Shown piece after piece: positions 8,067-12,442 of a stretch of 12,442 bases of DNA. The notes under the pieces are model-generated. The model was not told the DNA's origin. It saw only the letters and a list, made by a program, of their open reading frames with translations, and ran no database searches. The stretch's first letter is position 1; each line of letters begins with the position of its first letter. The position numbers were made by a program, and so were the translations under genes. The DNA is from a bacterium (lineage in GTDB: Bacteria > Zhuqueibacterota > Zhuqueibacteria > Oceanimicrobiales > Oceanimicrobiaceae), in the NCBI GenBank assembly GCA_046757025.1, contig JBHHXN010000152.1:1-12442 (forward strand), in the 5' to 3' direction.

Positions 8067-9632
8067 ATGGAAACGCTGAACACCATAACGAAAACAGGTG
8101 TTGATTTAGAAGAACGGATTCGAAAACTCAATGCCATTGGAATTGCGCTTTCCAGCGAGCAGAATCTCAATAATTTGCTGGAGCTGATTGTGAGCGAAGC
8201 CCGTCACTTCACCAATGCCGACGGCGGTAGTTTGTATATTAAGGAAGAGGACAGGCTCAATTTTGTGGTAGCGCAAACCGAATCGCTGCAAAGGCTGAAT
8301 GGCCACGACCATGCCTTTACCTCTTTTTATTTGCCCTTGACAAAAGAAAGCATCGCCGGTTATGTGGCGATCACTGGCGAGCCGTTAAATATTCAGGATG
8401 TTTATCAGCTCCCGCCGGATGTGGAATATCGTGTGAACAAGCAGTTCGATATCAATAGCGGTTATCGCTCGCAGTCCATGTTGGTGGTGCCCATGCGCGA
8501 TCATCATGACGAAATAATCGGGGTGTTGCAACTGATCAACTCCCTCGACGGTAAAGGCACGGTGGTTCCGTTCCACCCGGATTTCGAGGACCTGATCCTT
8601 TCCCTGGCCTCGCAGGCGGCGGTAGCCATCCGAAACGTCAAGCTCATCGAAGAAATCAAAAATTTGTTTCGATCATTGGTACGCTACTCAGCCAAAGCCA
8701 TTGACGCGCGAAGTCCGCACACGGCCGGGCATTCCGGCCGGGTGGCGAAATACTCGGTGCTCATCGCACAGGCAATCAATGAGGAGACTGAAGGGAAGCT
8801 GGGGCAAATCCATTTTACCACCGAGGAGCTCGAAGAATTGCGCATGGCTGGCTGGCTGCATGATATCGGCAAAATTGGCGTGCCAGAGAGTATCCTCGAA
8901 AAAACCGCCAAATTGACCGATGACCAGCTTGCGCTTATTGAGGAGCGGTTTGAAACCATCAAAAACCAAAAGAAAATTCAATTTTTAGAGAATAGAATTT
9001 CAAAGTTGTCCCAAGACCAATTTTCCACTTCCGACTTGCCTGAATGGCAGACAAAATTGCATCAGGAGTTGGCGTTTTTAGATGAAGCGCTGGCTTTTAT
9101 TCGGGACAAGAATCAACCTGGCTATCTCAGCGCTGACGATATTTTCCGGCTCAAGAACCTTGCTGAAAAAACCTATTTCAACAGTCAGGGAGAGGTGTGC
9201 CATTATTTGACCAATAAAGAATTTGAGAATTTATCCATAATCAAGGGCAATTTAACGGAAAGCGAATACCGGGAAATTCAATCCCACGTCGAGTATTCTC
9301 TGGAGATATTGAACAAAATTCCTTTCACCAGAGAATTACAAAACATACCCAAACATACGGCGGCACACCACGAATATTTAAACGGCACCGGCTATCCACG
9401 CGGTTTGAAAGGAGATGAAATCACCTACCAGGCGCGCATCATGTGTATTGCCGACATTTTTGACGCACTGAGCTCCCCGGACCGGCCGTACAAACAGGCC
9501 ACCTCCCTCGAAAAAACATTGGACATTCTGCGCCAGGAAGTACGGGCAGGTAAACTGGATGGCGATATCGTGGAATTGTTTATTCGAAAAAAAATCTATG
9601 AACACCGCTCCACGCGAGATGATGAAGAGTAG
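8067..9632 (+). CDS. GAF domain / HD-GYP phosphodiesterase (putative cyclic di-GMP phosphodiesterase)
   Basis: The N-terminal GAF domain shows SIAGYVAITGEPLNIQDVY, FDINSGYRSQSMLVVPM and IIGVLQLIN. The HD-GYP domain shows HTAGHSGRV, WLHDIGK, HHEYLNGTGYPRGLKG and IADIFDALSSPDRPYK. The start is placed at ATG 8067 (GAGGG at 8057-8061), because the ORF-track extension to 7878 runs through element 2. Confidence 0.9.
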   Translation: METLNTITKTGVDLEERIRKLNAIGIALSSEQNLNNLLELIVSEARHFTNADGGSLYIKEEDRLNFVVAQTESLQRLNGHDHAFTSFYLPLTKESIAGYVAITGEPLNIQDVYQLPPDVEYRVNKQFDINSGYRSQSMLVVPMRDHHDEIIGVLQLINSLDGKGTVVPFHPDFEDLILSLASQAAVAIRNVKLIEEIKNLFRSLVRYSAKAIDARSPHTAGHSGRVAKYSVLIAQAINEETEGKLGQIHFTTEELEELRMAGWLHDIGKIGVPESILEKTAKLTDDQLALIEERFETIKNQKKIQFLENRISKLSQDQFSTSDLPEWQTKLHQELAFLDEALAFIRDKNQPGYLSADDIFRLKNLAEKTYFNSQGEVCHYLTNKEFENLSIIKGNLTESEYREIQSHVEYSLEILNKIPFTRELQNIPKHTAAHHEYLNGTGYPRGLKGDEITYQARIMCIADIFDALSSPDRPYKQATSLEKTLDILRQEVRAGKLDGDIVELFIRKKIYEHRSTRDDEE

Positions 9633-9786
9633 TGAGAAAATGAGTCGTTCATTTTGAGAAATATATGGAATAGCTTTTTCATTCTTTCACCAGCTCTGGC
9701 CGGTTATACCGCCAAGTGGGATGACATTTCGGGGCTGTCCATGAATGTGCTTGGAAAATCCGAATCCATCTCATGCTAATTTCAAT

Positions 9787-9953
9787 TGAAAAGTGGTTAA
9801 ACGAATACTCAAGAAAAGCACGATTTAAAAACCTCATCGCGAAGGCGTCCTTCGACAAAGCCAAGACAGGCCCGGCGGAGCTGCGCAGGGATTTACCCTC
9901 AGCCAGGAAGCCTCTGGGTAAGCGAGGGATCGTTTTCGTTCTGGCACTTAATA
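9787..9953. mobile_element. Degenerate MITE-like element 3
   Basis: AAGTGGTTAAACGAATAC (9791-9808) and GTTTTCGTTCTGGCACTT (9932-9949) form a 13/18 inverted match, and both ends resemble the ends of element 2. The GC-rich interior includes CCTTCGACAAAGC (9849-9861), which is related to the REP-like unit of element 2. Confidence 0.4.
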
Positions 9954-10046
9954 GTTGTCAAGAAAATGGGAATCCTTCGACTTCTGAATTAATCGATGTA
10001 CTCTAAATAACCACAGCATTAATTGCTTTAAAGACGGAGGAGTTTT

Positions 10047-11861
10047 TTGTCCCGTTCCATTCCAGAGCATAAAATAGACGAAGTCCGCGAAGCCACCGAT
10101 GTGGTGGATCTGGTCTCCGGCTACGTCACTCTGAAAAAAAGCGGCCGCAACTATTTTGGCCTTTGTCCTTTTCATGTAGAAAAAACACCTTCCTTTAGTG
10201 TAAATCCGGAGAAACAAATTTTCCATTGTTTTGGCTGCGGCGCCGGCGGCAACGTTTACACTTTCCTCATGCGCCACGAGGGCATCAGTTTTCCCGAGTC
10301 TGTCAAAGTTTTAGCCCAGCGCGCCGGCATTCAAATCGAGTTCGACGAGCGCGATGAATCCGAGATAAAAGAAAACGAAGCGCTCTATTATGTCAACGAA
10401 TTCGCAGCCAAATTTTATCAGCAGGTGCTGATGTCAGCCGAAGGCAAACCGGCCCTAGACTATCTGCTGAAGCGCGGTTATCAATTGCCCGACATTGAAA
10501 AATACGGTCTCGGCTTTGCGCCTGCTGGCTGGGATAAATTGCTGGAGGTCGCAAAAAAGGAGACGTTTGATGAGGAGCTGCTGGCGCGTGCCGGTCTGGT
10601 GTTAAAAAAAGAGAGCGGCGGTTACTATGACCGATTTCGTGAGCGGGTGATGTTTCCCATCTGGAATCTGTCCGGCCGCATCATCGCCTTTGGCGGCCGC
10701 AAGTTGAGCGAAAAGGACGATTCTCCCAAATACGTCAATTCACCGGAAACACCCATTTATGAAAAAGGCAAGATGCTCTACGGGCTCTACCAGAATCGCG
10801 ATGAAATTCGAAAAACCGATCAGGCGATTTTTGTGGAAGGCTACACGGATTTGATGAGTCTGGCGGCGAGCGGCATTCAAAATGTCGTGGCTACGCTGGG
10901 CACTGCCCTCACCGAAAATCAGGCGCAGTTGATTCACCGCTACACCAAAAACATCGTTTTGTTGTACGACAGCGACACCGCTGGCGCCGCCGCCACCTTG
11001 CGGGGAGCGGATGTGCTGCTGGAAGGCGCCCTGGAAGTGTTTATTGCCACGTTGCCGGAAGGCCACGATCCGGATAGTTTTGTGAAGGAGCACAGCGCCG
11101 ATGGAGTGACCGCGCTGGTGCAGAAAGCGTTGCATCTATTCGACTACAAATTGCAGCAGATTTCCATCAGTACGGCAGAAAAGCGCACCGAACTCATCCG
11201 CTCGGTTTTGATCTCGCTGGCGAGTATCAAAGATAAATTGCAGCGCAACATTTTGCTGAACAAAATATCCGAAAAGCTGGCCATCGATGAAAAAGTTTTG
11301 TGGGCTGAATTGGATTCTATTCTTTTTTCCAAACGACAGGGGCAGGTGCGGCGCTCCAAAATCGGCCAGCAACTTGCTGATCTGGGCAAAATCTCCCGAC
11401 TCTCAAAAACCGAGCTCGCTCTGGAGGATCTGGTGCGCATTCTCATCCAGGACTGGGAATTAGCCGAATTTATCTTTGTCAATTTGGATTTAAAATCGCT
11501 GGCTGAATACCGACTGGCGCCGGTTCTTTCGTACCTGAAAAATCGCTTTAAGGCGGACAAACGGTTGTTGGAATCGGAGCTGATCAACCATTTTCACGAT
11601 GTCGATATCAGCGCTTTTATCATCCGTGCGCTGCATGAAAAAGTCGAAGATGTCGATCTCCAACTGTGGGCTCTGGATTGTCTTCTGTCCATACAAATCG
11701 AACGTCTGGATAGGAAGCTGAAGGAAGTACGCGAACAACTTCGCCAGGCGCAGCAGGAAGGCCGTTCCGTTACAAAATTGCTGCAACTGTGCATGGAATT
11801 AGAAAAACAGCGCAGCCAATTGCAGCAAAAAGATTTTTTGAAGGAAGATAAAAAGACTTGA
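10047..11861 (+). CDS. dnaG: DNA primase
   Basis: CHC2 zinc finger CPFHVEKTPSF...FHCFGC, YDRFRERVMFPI, KYVNSPETPIY, and TOPRIM motifs VEGYTD, YDSDTAG, HDPD. TTG start with GGAGGAG at 10036-10042. Confidence 0.98.
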   Translation: MSRSIPEHKIDEVREATDVVDLVSGYVTLKKSGRNYFGLCPFHVEKTPSFSVNPEKQIFHCFGCGAGGNVYTFLMRHEGISFPESVKVLAQRAGIQIEFDERDESEIKENEALYYVNEFAAKFYQQVLMSAEGKPALDYLLKRGYQLPDIEKYGLGFAPAGWDKLLEVAKKETFDEELLARAGLVLKKESGGYYDRFRERVMFPIWNLSGRIIAFGGRKLSEKDDSPKYVNSPETPIYEKGKMLYGLYQNRDEIRKTDQAIFVEGYTDLMSLAASGIQNVVATLGTALTENQAQLIHRYTKNIVLLYDSDTAGAAATLRGADVLLEGALEVFIATLPEGHDPDSFVKEHSADGVTALVQKALHLFDYKLQQISISTAEKRTELIRSVLISLASIKDKLQRNILLNKISEKLAIDEKVLWAELDSILFSKRQGQVRRSKIGQQLADLGKISRLSKTELALEDLVRILIQDWELAEFIFVNLDLKSLAEYRLAPVLSYLKNRFKADKRLLESELINHFHDVDISAFIIRALHEKVEDVDLQLWALDCLLSIQIERLDRKLKEVREQLRQAQQEGRSVTKLLQLCMELEKQRSQLQQKDFLKEDKKT

Positions 11862-11886
11862 TTGTTACCGAATTATCTCTTATATT
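11858..11886 (+). promoter_or_regulatory. Sigma70-type promoter of the tRNA gene
   Basis: TTGATT (11858-11863, overlapping the dnaG stop), a 17 nt spacer, then TATATT (11881-11886), 25 nt before the tRNA. Confidence 0.65.
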
Positions 11887-11911
11887 TTGCGTTGTTAAAA
11901 TAGCCCGACCA

Positions 11912-11985
<74 letters not shown>

Positions 11986-11996
11986 CAGAATAAATC

Positions 11997-12028
11997 AAGC
12001 TCACTGTGCAAGTGGGCTTTTTTGTTTT
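11997..12028 (+). terminator. Rho-independent terminator after the tRNA
   Basis: Stem AAGCTCACT (11997-12005), loop GTGCA, AGTGGGCTT (12011-12019, one G-U pair), followed by TTTTGTTTT. Confidence 0.85.
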
Positions 12029-12169
12029 ACCTGCCGCACATACCGGAAGGTTGCTTGGCTGCTGCCCGGTCTCCTGAAACTGTAGAAGTATTCAAACAGC
12101 GATTCGGTAATCGTGACTCTGTTTTTGTAAAATGTTTTCAAGAATTATCGAAAATCCGCAACAATTTTC

Positions 12170-12197
12170 TTGACAGTTGTTGAAAAATTTTTATCAT
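12170..12197 (+). promoter_or_regulatory. Candidate sigma70-type promoter reading toward the right window edge
   Basis: Consensus TTGACA (12170-12175), a 16 nt spacer, then TATCAT (12192-12197). Confidence 0.5.
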
Positions 12198-12442
12198 GTA
12201 TAAACGGAGAAGAGGAAAAATAAAGTCTCCCGTTGTAAAAATTCCTCCCCGTGCCGTCTTGATCTTTTCCATAGCATATCATCTTTTTGTTTTCTTCTCG
12301 AGGTTTGGTTTATCCTGGTGAATCACATCGATTTATTTTTGTAGAATTTAGAATTTTATAAATATATTCTCTTTTTACTTGTTGCGTTTTTATACAAGAA
12401 ATTGCTTTAAACAATATTACTGAAATTCATCATTGGTTGCTG

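Noticed and set aside
9637..9655. Hairpin AAAATGA-GTCGT-TCATTTT after the HD-GYP stop as a terminator
   Set aside because: The stem is nearly all A-T and there is no separate U tract, so it is too weak to call.
9679..10006. Short ORFs 9679-9864 (-) and 9773-10006 (+) between HD-GYP and dnaG
   Set aside because: They have no RBS or motifs, do not resemble RpsU, and run through the repeat-like element 3.
181..11794. Many antisense or alternate-frame ORFs (e.g. 5326-6054, 6934-7641, 1951-2580)
   Set aside because: They lie almost entirely within well-supported genes and carry no recognisable motifs, as expected for shadow ORFs of codon-biased genes.

Overview
Bacterial chromosomal window with six + strand CDSs: a large GH13 alpha-amylase-family protein, a PflX-like radical SAM protein, a vWA protein plus ChlI/MoxR-like AAA+ ATPase pair, a GAF/HD-GYP phosphodiesterase, and DNA primase DnaG. 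DnaG is followed directly by a tRNA(CAT) (most likely Ile2) with its own sigma70-type promoter and terminator. The genes belong to known families. The most unusual signal is non-coding: three successive intergenic regions (4841-4998, 7812-7944, about 9787-9953) each hold a 120-155 bp element bounded by terminal inverted repeats. Their ends loosely share WAGTG-N6-CGWAWW, they sit in a duplicated AT-rich hexamer (TAnnTA-like), and each carries a different REP-like palindromic interior, one of them with a further nested hairpin insert. No transposase or recombinase is encoded in the window. All calls come from motif reading by eye; no database search was run.
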